Source of the DNA: a virus
IMG/VR virus record: IMGVR_UViG_3300005077_000003
Coordinates: 32,001-96,000 of that record
Direction: 5' to 3' (one strand)
DNA: 64,000 nucleotides
Shown here: positions 17,263-25,436 of the stretch, one piece after another
Numbering within the stretch: position 1 is the first letter of the stretch
How the letters are laid out: each line of letters opens with the position of its first letter
The notes under the pieces: model-generated
Seen by the model: the letters and a program-made list of their open reading frames with translations, nothing else
Told to the model about the DNA's origin: nothing
The model's database searches: none
Translations under genes and position numbers: made by a program

Positions 17263-17514
17263 CTAGTCCTTCTTCACTTTGGCCTCGTTCCAGGCCCTCT
17301 TGGTGTTGTCCATGGTCGCCTTGACAACGGGGGCCACGCGCTGGATGCCCTTGCACACCAGCTTGGTGAACTTGTAGGCACCGTTCTTGACCGACTCGCC
17401 GACCTTACTGGCCAGCTTCTGCCTCTCGCGCTCTTGGAAGCGCTGAAAGGCTTCACGGCACTGGTCACACCAGATACCGGTCTCGATCTCCTTGTCACAT
17501 CCCTGGCACTTCAT
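17263..17514 (-). CDS. small zinc-finger protein
   Basis: MKCQGC..CDQC, AAGGAG RBS. Confidence 0.7.
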   Translation of the reverse strand: MKCQGCDKEIETGIWCDQCREAFQRFQERERQKLASKVGESVKNGAYKFTKLVCKGIQRVAPVVKATMDNTKRAWNEAKVKKD

Positions 17515-17623
17515 GCGTTCTCCTTGGTGTGAACGCCCAGCTTCCACAGCTTTAGGGCGGTTTCAGCCTCTTCCCGGCTGCCAGCGCAAACTCCTCGCTG
17601 GCCTTTGTGCCGTTGTAGGCCAT

Positions 17624-17681
17624 TAAAAAAAGAGTAAATAAAAAAAATAGGGATCCCTACCGCGAAGGCAGGGATCCCTAT
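17624..17681 (-). terminator. terminator plus conserved T-tract, copy 1
   Basis: Minus strand tagggatccct..agggatcccta-T8-atttactc-T7; 30 nt identical to 18483-18512. Confidence 0.8.
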
Positions 17682-17696
17682 GTTACCTAGGCCAAA

Positions 17697-18017
17697 TTAG
17701 AAGGGCGACCGCGAACGCCTGCAGTTGCAGGGCCGCGGCTTTCCGTGCTCGCATGCCGGACAGTCCGGCGCATGGGCCTTGAGGGCCAGCCCCTCAAGCA
17801 TGGCGACGCCCATAATCGCTCCAGCCGCCCAGTGCTGGGCTGCCCCAAAGCTCCCGAGACGCCCAATATAGGGCGCTCTGGCCCAGCAACGGAGCCAGCG
17901 ATACGTCTTGCGGGGGTGTTCCCCGTGCTCCCGGCGATCTCTCAGGACCGCCTCCACCGCCGAACGGGCCAACCAGGCCTGCGGGCTGTTCCCTGCTGTA
18001 AAAGACTTCGTATCCAT
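17697..18017 (-). CDS. hypothetical protein with C-terminal Cys motif
   Basis: 106 aa, AGGAGG RBS, CPAC..CNC. Confidence 0.65.
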   Translation of the reverse strand: MDTKSFTAGNSPQAWLARSAVEAVLRDRREHGEHPRKTYRWLRCWARAPYIGRLGSFGAAQHWAAGAIMGVAMLEGLALKAHAPDCPACEHGKPRPCNCRRSRSPF

Positions 18018-18209
18018 AATGGCCTCCTATGGCTATGCGTGCTATGGCGCAGACTTGGTTACATATCCAGCCCTACCGCGTGGAGGTGTCTGCATAGGGC
18101 CATTGGGCACACCACAAGGCATGCCCAAGCATGACCTGAGGGCTACTGGATAGTGGCCCTCAGTCTAACCGCCTCCTCCTTGAGACGAGTAAGCTCGTCC
18201 ATTTGGGGG

Positions 18210-18425
18210 TCAAGCTGTTCCCTCATGGCTAGGTCCTACACCATGAAGGTCAGCAGGATTAGCGCTGCCATCACTAGCAGCACCACCGCCTCGTTCATGG
18301 TGTTTAGACGCCTGTACTCGCTCACCGAGTATCTCCTTGCACTCCTCTACGAGTGCGGCTATGGCCCTGTTTACTTCTTGCAGGGCCGCGATCTCCTCCT
18401 CCAACACGTGCATGTGTAGGCACAT
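18210..18425 (-). CDS. small hypothetical protein (coiled-coil N-terminus)
   Basis: GGAGG RBS before MCLHMHVLEEEIAALQ; C-terminal part overlaps alternative tiny ORFs. Confidence 0.45.
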   Translation of the reverse strand: MCLHMHVLEEEIAALQEVNRAIAALVEECKEILGERVQASKHHERGGGAASDGSANPADLHGVGPSHEGTA

Positions 18426-18482
18426 GCGAACCTCCATGTTGGGGGCCTTTGAGCACAGTAGCCGATGTGCCACTGTGCTCAA

Positions 18483-18539
18483 TAAAAAAAGAGTAAATAA
18501 AAAAAATAGGGACCCCTAGTGTATACTAAGGGTCCCTAT
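18483..18539 (-). terminator. terminator plus conserved T-tract, copy 2
   Basis: Minus strand tagggaccc..ggggtcccta-T8-atttactc-T7. Confidence 0.8.
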
Positions 18540-18552
18540 GTGGGGGCAGCTC

Positions 18553-18750
18553 TTAGTAGAGCTGCCTTACCAAGCCAAGAACCCGCTGGTCCTTGACTTC
18601 GCCTGCGGCCAGCTGCCTCCTGAGCAGCTCAACCCCCTTCCGGGCCCACTTGGGGTCCCGGAGGAGGTTCACTACAACCACGTTCCTCTCGTCCGAGGAC
18701 AGGAGGGTGATGATCTGGCCGATGGTGTGGAAGAACTTGGAACTACGCAT
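18553..18750 (-). CDS. hypothetical protein (first gene of the leftward arm)
   Basis: MRSSKFFHTIGQ..., AGGAGG RBS within a 17-nt leader shared with the 17697-18017 gene. Confidence 0.7.
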   Translation of the reverse strand: MRSSKFFHTIGQIITLLSSDERNVVVVNLLRDPKWARKGVELLRRQLAAGEVKDQRVLGLVRQLY

Positions 18751-18900
18751 TGTATTGCCTCCTATGGCTATGCTTTCCATGTACACATTACCTAGTGTAC
18801 GTGTGCCATCGTACAGGCACAGGCTATAGCACACACTGTGTGTACTATAGTGCAGGCAGTACTTATATAGCACCCTGCCCTTGGCGCTTAAGCATATTAG

Positions 18901-19160
18901 AAGGGGGGGGGTGGGCGTGAAATGGGGAGATCCATCTCACAAGAAGCCCAAGTAGTACTATCCCTACCAATTAAACTACTATTTTCCAGGTATTAAGGCC
19001 TCCATCTCTCTTAAATTACTTTTTATGGGTATTAAGGCAAAATTTATTGTTTAAAATAATAAGAGTGGTGGAAATTTATATATTAGTTGTAATTTTTAGG
19101 GCATTAAGCGTTTATACCGATATCTTTTTAGGTTGCCCGCCAGTTTTTAGGGTTAATTAG
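18901..19160. promoter_or_regulatory. divergence point: G-run plus iteron-like repeats (possible terminus/pac/origin)
   Basis: G9 run at 18903-18911; three GG(T/C)ATTAAG motifs and TTTTTAGG motifs; strand switch and abrupt GC drop. Confidence 0.45.
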
Positions 19161-19162
19161 CA

Positions 19163-19501
19163 ATGACAGAACAATCAATAAGTTATCTTCCATTTTATCC
19201 ATTTTCACAGACTAGTGATAGTACTTTTTATATAGATAGTACTAGTAATAATAATACATTTACTATTGATAGTACTAATCATATTACTAATATAGTTTGG
19301 GGTGAAATGACAGATACTAAATATAATACTTATAATAATAGCCAGGTTGCTATTAAGTTTAGTAGCCTAGAGGCTATTATAATAGCCGCCAAGTTTACTT
19401 TGTTTATGAATATTAATGATTTAATGGAGATACCATTAGATGATTTAGTAGCACTGTCAAAAGAAGTAATGGCGGATACTAGTTTGCATTTAAAGAAGTA
19501 A
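19163..19501 (+). CDS. hypothetical protein
   Basis: 112-aa ORF; start uncertain. Confidence 0.55.
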   Translation: MTEQSISYLPFYPFSQTSDSTFYIDSTSNNNTFTIDSTNHITNIVWGEMTDTKYNTYNNSQVAIKFSSLEAIIIAAKFTLFMNINDLMEIPLDDLVALSKEVMADTSLHLKK

Positions 19502-19542
19502 GCGGAAATACTACTAGTGTATAATTAGTCTGCCTGGTTATC

Positions 19543-19770
19543 ATGGATAATATTATATTTGCTAGTAGTATCATGGAAAATAACCTATCAACAACTGAGG
19601 TGTATGCTTATTTTACCTGTGACAAAGCTGGGTGCGGGAAACAAAATATTAGACTACTAAAGAAGTATAGAAGTACGGGTAGTGGTAATAGGCCTATTCT
19701 TAATAGCGATGACGTATGCGACTTTTGTGGTATGCCAATACATGAGCCAGCGTATATTGAAGTAAAATAA
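19543..19770 (+). CDS. small Zn-ribbon-like protein
   Basis: CDKAGC...CDFC. Confidence 0.6.
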   Translation: MDNIIFASSIMENNLSTTEVYAYFTCDKAGCGKQNIRLLKKYRSTGSGNRPILNSDDVCDFCGMPIHEPAYIEVK

Positions 19771-19775
19771 ATAAA

Positions 19776-20186
19776 ATGAGTGAAAACAAAGAATTGAATC
19801 AAGTAACCAGTGTATATCCAGTAATACCTGCATCAGTAGTCCCGGTACCAACTAAAAAGGTCGCCGACCTTGCTAATGGGGGGATGAGGAATAGAAAGTA
19901 TGCCGCGTATGTTTCGGCAGCAATTATAAGAGACTTGGTAGATCACCAAGATCCTGTTATTATACAAGGTGATCTACCTAAGATTCTTATTGATGGGGAT
20001 ACTTTACAAGAAGTAAAGGAAAGGATGTTCGAAGAACTTAGCGCGGTTTTCCAGAATGCACAAGACCTGGTAGATGGTAAGATTACCATGGAAGATCTTG
20101 ATAGACAGGCTACGGAACAGGCTAAGATATACGAGGACGCAGTTAGAGCAGAATTTGCTAAAAAAGATGGAACCGAAACTAACTAG
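19776..20186 (+). CDS. hypothetical protein
   Basis: 136 aa, co-oriented run. Confidence 0.75.
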   Translation: MSENKELNQVTSVYPVIPASVVPVPTKKVADLANGGMRNRKYAAYVSAAIIRDLVDHQDPVIIQGDLPKILIDGDTLQEVKERMFEELSAVFQNAQDLVDGKITMEDLDRQATEQAKIYEDAVRAEFAKKDGTETN

Positions 20187-20364
20187 TATTAACTTAAATT
20201 GCTATCGGTGTGGTATGAGTAAACCATGCCTGCTAGATGTAAATGGTCCCCCTATTTGTAGGAATTGCTGGGAAACCAGTGCCCACATACAAATTAATGA
20301 TGAGTATGTAATTAAATTTGCTGGCGATAGCACTGCGGATGTATTCCCCGGGTATAGCTGCTAG
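20167..20364 (+). CDS. small Zn-finger protein
   Basis: CYRC..C..CRNC; start at ATG 20167 inferred. Confidence 0.55.
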   Translation: MEPKLTSINLNCYRCGMSKPCLLDVNGPPICRNCWETSAHIQINDEYVIKFAGDSTADVFPGYSC

Positions 20365-20411
20365 CTATAGTGTAATAGGAAACCCGGAAATTAATATAGC
20401 CGGGGAATATT

Positions 20412-20792
20412 ATGTTTACAACCCCGATAATACGTCGGGGTTATTTTATAACAAATATAATGGATGTTAACAAAACAAGAAGTATTCTTAAACAGTTTTT
20501 TAGAGTAAATCATACTAATAATACTGTTTTTATTGACTTTGACTCAATGTGTATGTTTTTAGTAAAGGACTGTAAAAGACATTTTTCGCCCAGTAGGTTT
20601 GAAAAAGTCTTAGAGGTTGAAGTACAGAAGTTAAAGGGCAAAATAATTTCACCTGAAATGTTTGATAGGCTTGCTGAATATGTTGACAATATGACTCTGT
20701 ATATACAACAAGAGGAGCGCAAGCTAGCCCTGGAAAGACAGAAGAAGGTTGAAAATAAACTAGTAAACTTTCATAAGAACAAAAGAAAATAG
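20412..20792 (+). CDS. hypothetical protein
   Basis: 126 aa. Confidence 0.65.
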   Translation: MFTTPIIRRGYFITNIMDVNKTRSILKQFFRVNHTNNTVFIDFDSMCMFLVKDCKRHFSPSRFEKVLEVEVQKLKGKIISPEMFDRLAEYVDNMTLYIQQEERKLALERQKKVENKLVNFHKNKRK

Positions 20793-20794
20793 CC

Positions 20795-21031
20795 ATGGAA
20801 GACTCTACGCTTAGGCTATGGCAGTCAGTGTTAGAAACCACTCTAAGGGATTACCTTACTAAGAAATACCCTGGAGAAATGGCCACGTATGATAGATTTA
20901 GGAAAAAAGTTGGCTTACACTGCAACTTTACGAAGGCAGCGGCAAGATTGATGTTCAAGTCAGAGGCAGTGAGTAAAAGCGACTTTCTTAGTAGGTTTAA
21001 GAGTAATAATTGGGATGGGTATACAAAGTAA
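20795..21031 (+). CDS. hypothetical protein
   Basis: 78 aa abutting neighbours. Confidence 0.65.
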   Translation: MEDSTLRLWQSVLETTLRDYLTKKYPGEMATYDRFRKKVGLHCNFTKAAARLMFKSEAVSKSDFLSRFKSNNWDGYTK

Positions 21032-21814
21032 ATGGACTTTTTTGAGATGAACGAAGCGCCGGACAAAGAAGAGCCGGAGCAGAAGAAAGAAGAGAGTATT
21101 GTAGTGGCAGATAGTAAGCATGACTTACTTACTGCTGCTGCAATAGAGGCAGGTGTAGTTGTGCCTCATGATAAGGCGGCTATACTCAAACAATTTCTTA
21201 AAAGTTCACAATATGGGCACCAGGCCTCTCTGGCAATGAAGTGCAAGGGAACCCAATGCCCATATCTTGATATTTGTCCTCTACATGCTATAGGAGCTAA
21301 CCTACCCAGAGGGAAACCGTGTCCGGTAGAGAATAGCCTTATCGAACAATGGGTCCAGCAGTTTATTGAAAGTATGGGACTGGATCCAGATGAACCATCT
21401 AATGCAGTAGAGATGCATATGGTGTATGAGTTAGCAGGATTGGAACTAATAAGACGTAGAGCTGCAACAGAATTATCTAAAGATCCGCTATTAGTTAAAA
21501 ACTCAATAGTTGGTTATTCTCCTCATGGAGAACCTATTTTTGATGATAAGCCTTCACAAGCTCTTCTAATATTAGAAAGACATTCTAAGATAGTAAACAA
21601 ATTACGTGAATCACTACTAGCTACGCCTAAGTCACAATCTCAAGCTGGGCAGGTATCTAGAGATATATCTACTAGAACTGCTAATATAATGGAGAGAGCT
21701 AGGAAGATTAGGGAGGCTAGGCAAAAGGGTGGTTCAATAGCTGATGCGGAGTATATACTAATTAATAATGAAGAAACAGAGAAGCAAGGTAAGGGATCAA
21801 ACGAAGAGGACTAG
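21032..21814 (+). CDS. Cys-motif helical protein, possible terminase small subunit
   Basis: CKGTQCPYLDICPL...PCPVE followed by helical/coiled region; lies upstream of the terminase. Function is inference. Confidence 0.5.
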   Translation: MDFFEMNEAPDKEEPEQKKEESIVVADSKHDLLTAAAIEAGVVVPHDKAAILKQFLKSSQYGHQASLAMKCKGTQCPYLDICPLHAIGANLPRGKPCPVENSLIEQWVQQFIESMGLDPDEPSNAVEMHMVYELAGLELIRRRAATELSKDPLLVKNSIVGYSPHGEPIFDDKPSQALLILERHSKIVNKLRESLLATPKSQSQAGQVSRDISTRTANIMERARKIREARQKGGSIADAEYILINNEETEKQGKGSNEED

Positions 21815-21886
21815 TTTAACTACAGCACCAAAGACTAGGATAAGACCTCATCCAAAGGATAAACAAAACTGCCCCAAGGTTTAGCA

Positions 21887-22336
21887 ATGCTAGGATTTTT
21901 TGCGCGTACATTTGAAGAGCTTTTACCAGTTAACCCGCTAGTGCTCTTTAAGAAGGAGCAAGCATCAAAGTTAGGTAAAGTTTTTGAGCGCGGTTTAGGA
22001 AGGTTCTCCACTAATGCACCAGAAATGATGAAGGAGTACTTTGCTGGGAAACAATACGGGAGTACTGCTGATCTTGGAGCAGAACTATCTAGAGCTAGAA
22101 CTAGGAAAGTTACTGCAGGTATAGGATTAGGTTTAGTAACAGCTAATGCACTTGGTATAAATCCTCTTGGTGTTACTGATGCTGCTACTAATACAGCTAT
22201 GCTTGGAGTACACTCTATGATTGGTAGTTCTATGATTAAATATGGAGCTGGTTTAAGTAAAGGACTAGGTGTTGGTTATTTAGGCTTAACTGCTCTAAAT
22301 ACTTTTAGGCGAGGCGAAAATGCTGGGCCTATGTAA
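21887..22336 (+). CDS. Gly/Ala-rich hypothetical protein (possible virion internal protein)
   Basis: 149 aa with hydrophobic Gly-rich helices. Confidence 0.7.
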   Translation: MLGFFARTFEELLPVNPLVLFKKEQASKLGKVFERGLGRFSTNAPEMMKEYFAGKQYGSTADLGAELSRARTRKVTAGIGLGLVTANALGINPLGVTDAATNTAMLGVHSMIGSSMIKYGAGLSKGLGVGYLGLTALNTFRRGENAGPM

Positions 22337-22345
22337 GGAGAAATA

Positions 22346-22417
22346 ATGGCTAAGAAAAAACAACCAGCAAAGAAGCCCATGAAGGGCTCCGACGCTAAGA
22401 AAAAGAAAAAGTGTTAA
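22346..22417 (+). CDS. tiny lysine-rich peptide (23 aa)
   Basis: AAGGAG RBS then MAKKKQPAKKPMKGSDAKKKKKC. Confidence 0.55.
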   Translation: MAKKKQPAKKPMKGSDAKKKKKC

Positions 22418-22423
22418 ACTATT

Positions 22424-23098
22424 ATGTTTGGTACATTAAAAACATTATTTGGCGGGCTGACTAAAATAGCCACAAAAGGAAAGGGTATTTCTACCGGTGC
22501 GAAGGTCGGTATGGGCGTATTTGGAGCTGGCTATGCTGCTAAAAAGGTAGCAAGCTCTGATCTATGGTCTCAGTATGAGATGTCGCGCTATGGTAAGAAA
22601 TACCTTGAAAGCAGGGGCGCCCTAGGTACTACTAGAGGCGTCGTAAGAGCTGCAGGCACTGCTGGTATGGCTGGTGGTATTGGTATTGGTGTAGGTGGAG
22701 GTAGAATAACTGCCAAAGCAACTAAATCAATATGGTCTAAAACATCTGGTCTGCCATCTAAAGCCTGGAAGGGAGCAACTACATGGCAGCCTGCAAGGCC
22801 ATCTTCTCCATTACCTCGCACTGCTAGACGTGGCTCGGCTGCCCCTACGTCAAGTATGGCGGCTATGAGAAGTGCTTATGGACACATAATGGATAGACCG
22901 GTAAGATACGGTCTAGCTACAGGAGGAGCTATTGGTACTGGTGCTGGCATAGCAACTCTTAAGAGAACCAACGTAATGCGCGAAGGTAGAATAACCGCGA
23001 TAGGTCGCGCACCACTTGGCGGCATATCTCCTAGTATGCAGTTTGGTGCAGCACAATCAAGATTTGTAAACAATAGATTATCTTCTAGAATTAGATAA
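22424..23098 (+). CDS. basic Gly-rich hypothetical protein
   Basis: 224 aa, K/R/G-rich. Confidence 0.75.
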   Translation: MFGTLKTLFGGLTKIATKGKGISTGAKVGMGVFGAGYAAKKVASSDLWSQYEMSRYGKKYLESRGALGTTRGVVRAAGTAGMAGGIGIGVGGGRITAKATKSIWSKTSGLPSKAWKGATTWQPARPSSPLPRTARRGSAAPTSSMAAMRSAYGHIMDRPVRYGLATGGAIGTGAGIATLKRTNVMREGRITAIGRAPLGGISPSMQFGAAQSRFVNNRLSSRIR

Positions 23099-23709
23099 TG
23101 TTACTAGATAACTCAACACTAGACAACTCTATTGATGAGTCTATGTTCGCGCCTGGGATTGAAGACAATCCTCTTCTTTCACCAATAGCTATAGCTGCTG
23201 ACCTTGGCTCTTTCTTTGTAGGCAAAAGCCTTATAAAGAAATCAGAAGCCCTATCAAAAAGAAAATCAAGGTTAACCAAACAAGTACGTACCATAAGACG
23301 CGCAACTAAAAAGCTATGGCGTTCTGGAAGAATAGACCCTAAAAAAGCTAGTCTTCTTAGAAAAACTAAGGCAGACAGAATAAGTGAACTTAAAAGTGTA
23401 AGAAAGTCAAAGATAACTAAACTATCTAGGGCAGGTAAAACTCTTACTGGAATATCAAAAGGTCTGCTTTTTATGGGTATGCTTGACCTTGGGTATAGTA
23501 TGGGTAAGGGAATATTCTCAATAGCAGAAAGCTATAGAACATCAAGAGATAGTTTAAACCAGTCTATTTCTGCAGGATATGAAGATACAGCCTACTATGA
23601 TAGTAGGAGAGCTTTTACTCAAAGACAGAGAGCTATTCAAGCTATTCACAATTCACAGCTATCAACGAGGTTCGCTTTTGGTGCGGAAGCCTCGTATTTG
23701 CATCAATGA
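23098..23709 (+). CDS. basic hypothetical protein
   Basis: 203 aa, TAATG-coupled to the previous gene. Confidence 0.75.
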   Translation: MLLDNSTLDNSIDESMFAPGIEDNPLLSPIAIAADLGSFFVGKSLIKKSEALSKRKSRLTKQVRTIRRATKKLWRSGRIDPKKASLLRKTKADRISELKSVRKSKITKLSRAGKTLTGISKGLLFMGMLDLGYSMGKGIFSIAESYRTSRDSLNQSISAGYEDTAYYDSRRAFTQRQRAIQAIHNSQLSTRFAFGAEASYLHQ

Positions 23710-23724
23710 TGAAAGGAATATAAC

Positions 23725-24135
23725 ATGGGCGAGTTAGAAGAAGATAAGGCTTCTAAAGAAGAGAGCTATATTATTTCAGCAGGAAATGGGGCTGGCTTAA
23801 AAGCCATTGCTTCTATAGCTATATTCTTTACTCTTTTAGGTGCATGTATAGCACCTTACTTATTTAGCAAGCAGGAACTAATGTCCGTAGAACAAAAGCT
23901 ACTTCATCAAGACGAAACTCAAGATGAAAATTCTAAAAGAAATCTTGAAGACATACTAAAAAGACTTAATTCTATAGAAGAGTGGAGACTGGAGCATGCT
24001 GCTATTGGGTCTGCAACTAATGCTCGCCAAGATGCTACCGATGAGTGGATGAAACAAATAATAATTACGCTTTTTGATAAAGTTTATTGCACAAAAGAAA
24101 TGTCCTACAATATGGTGGACAAGGAGAATAAATAA
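23725..24135 (+). CDS. single-TM coiled-coil protein (possible lysis accessory)
   Basis: One hydrophobic helix followed by a coiled coil. Confidence 0.6.
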   Translation: MGELEEDKASKEESYIISAGNGAGLKAIASIAIFFTLLGACIAPYLFSKQELMSVEQKLLHQDETQDENSKRNLEDILKRLNSIEEWRLEHAAIGSATNARQDATDEWMKQIIITLFDKVYCTKEMSYNMVDKENK

Positions 24136-24314
24136 TGATTATTCTGGTGTCTTTTTTTATGATAAGTGCACTAATTGTATTAGCACTTGCATTAATAGAG
24201 CCTGCTCTTATAGCAAATCATTTACCTCATGTACTTGGGTTACACAAACTATTTCCAGAGGTATTTGAGCACCCACATTTGCTAAAGAATAAACATAGCA
24301 AAATCAAGAGGTGA
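24135..24314 (+). CDS. small membrane protein (59 aa)
   Basis: MIILVSFFMISALIVLALALIEP..., TAATG-coupled. Confidence 0.55.
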   Translation: MIILVSFFMISALIVLALALIEPALIANHLPHVLGLHKLFPEVFEHPHLLKNKHSKIKR

Positions 24315-24398
24315 TCCATATTACACGAAATAGACAGTGTGTATTTGTATTAATGCGCAAAATTATATTGCGCTATATAGCCTATTATAGGTCAAATA

Positions 24399-25436
24399 AT
24401 GAGTAAGAATAAGCTTAGATTAATAGACAATTTAATATCAAAAGGCTTTGGCAGAAGAAGAATAGCTGAAGAACTTGAGATTACAGAATGGGCTGCTCGT
24501 AAACTTATAGCAGAATTAACAGAAGCTTTACAAGATAATTCAGATAGAACTATAACAAAAGGAAGTCCTTCTTCAAAAATATCACATCCTTATCATAAAT
24601 TAGTTAATACAAGCGGCAAACCATCAATAAAAGTTACTCCTAGTCGAATGTCGCACGGTGTTGAATCAATTGATTCAGATAGAGTAGTAAAAATTCAAAA
24701 AAGGCCAACATCATATTCGGTAGCAGTATTAGGTGATTGCCATTTTCCATATCAAAATGATACTGCACTAACAATAGCTAAAGCATATTTATCTGATAAT
24801 ATACCTGATTGCATAATATTTATAGGTGATATATGTGATTGCTATTCAGTAAGTCAGTATAATAAAAATACAGAAAGAAAACTTACTTTCCAAGATGAAA
24901 TAGATTATTGCAAAGAGAAATTACAAGAATGGGTAGAAGAGTTTCCATCAGTTAAGTTTTATTTCATAACTGGCAATCATGAGACTCGTCACAAAAGACT
25001 AATGCAAAAGTATGCAAACCAGCTATCTACCCTGAGATCAATGAAGATAGAGGAGCTTCTTGGACTGTCTGATATGGGTATACAATATATATCAGATGAT
25101 GAAGATCTTGAGATAGGCAGTCTTACATTTGTGCATGGAGAGTTTGCGCGCAAATATGCTGGCTCATCTATTCGCGCAACATTTGAAAAGATTGGCGCAT
25201 CAGCAATACAAGGGCATGTTCATAGGGGCTCGCTAGCATTTAAAAGAACAAAACAAGGAATACATACTCTTATTGAAAACATGTGTATGTGTGACTTAAA
25301 TGTTGAGTATGATAGATTTCCTGACTGGGTTAATGGTTTTACTGTAATTCATTATGATGGAGAAGATTTCCACGCTGATTTGCTGCCAATACCTGGAAAT
25401 AAATTAATTACTAATGGTTTAGTATATACTGTATGA
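24399..25436 (+). CDS. calcineurin-like metallophosphoesterase with N-terminal HTH
   Basis: GDCH, GDICD, GNHE, HG and GHVH motifs; N-terminal GFGRRRIAEELEIT HTH-like. Confidence 0.88.
   Translation: MSKNKLRLIDNLISKGFGRRRIAEELEITEWAARKLIAELTEALQDNSDRTITKGSPSSKISHPYHKLVNTSGKPSIKVTPSRMSHGVESIDSDRVVKIQKRPTSYSVAVLGDCHFPYQNDTALTIAKAYLSDNIPDCIIFIGDICDCYSVSQYNKNTERKLTFQDEIDYCKEKLQEWVEEFPSVKFYFITGNHETRHKRLMQKYANQLSTLRSMKIEELLGLSDMGIQYISDDEDLEIGSLTFVHGEFARKYAGSSIRATFEKIGASAIQGHVHRGSLAFKRTKQGIHTLIENMCMCDLNVEYDRFPDWVNGFTVIHYDGEDFHADLLPIPGNKLITNGLVYTV

Noticed and set aside
15800-18900. CRISPR array
   Set aside because: The repeats are pairs of different motifs separated by genes, not regular repeat-spacer units, and no cas genes are seen
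24399-25436. Anti-defence phosphodiesterase claim
   Set aside because: The motifs support only a generic metallophosphoesterase, a gene commonly seen near terminases; substrate cannot be inferred
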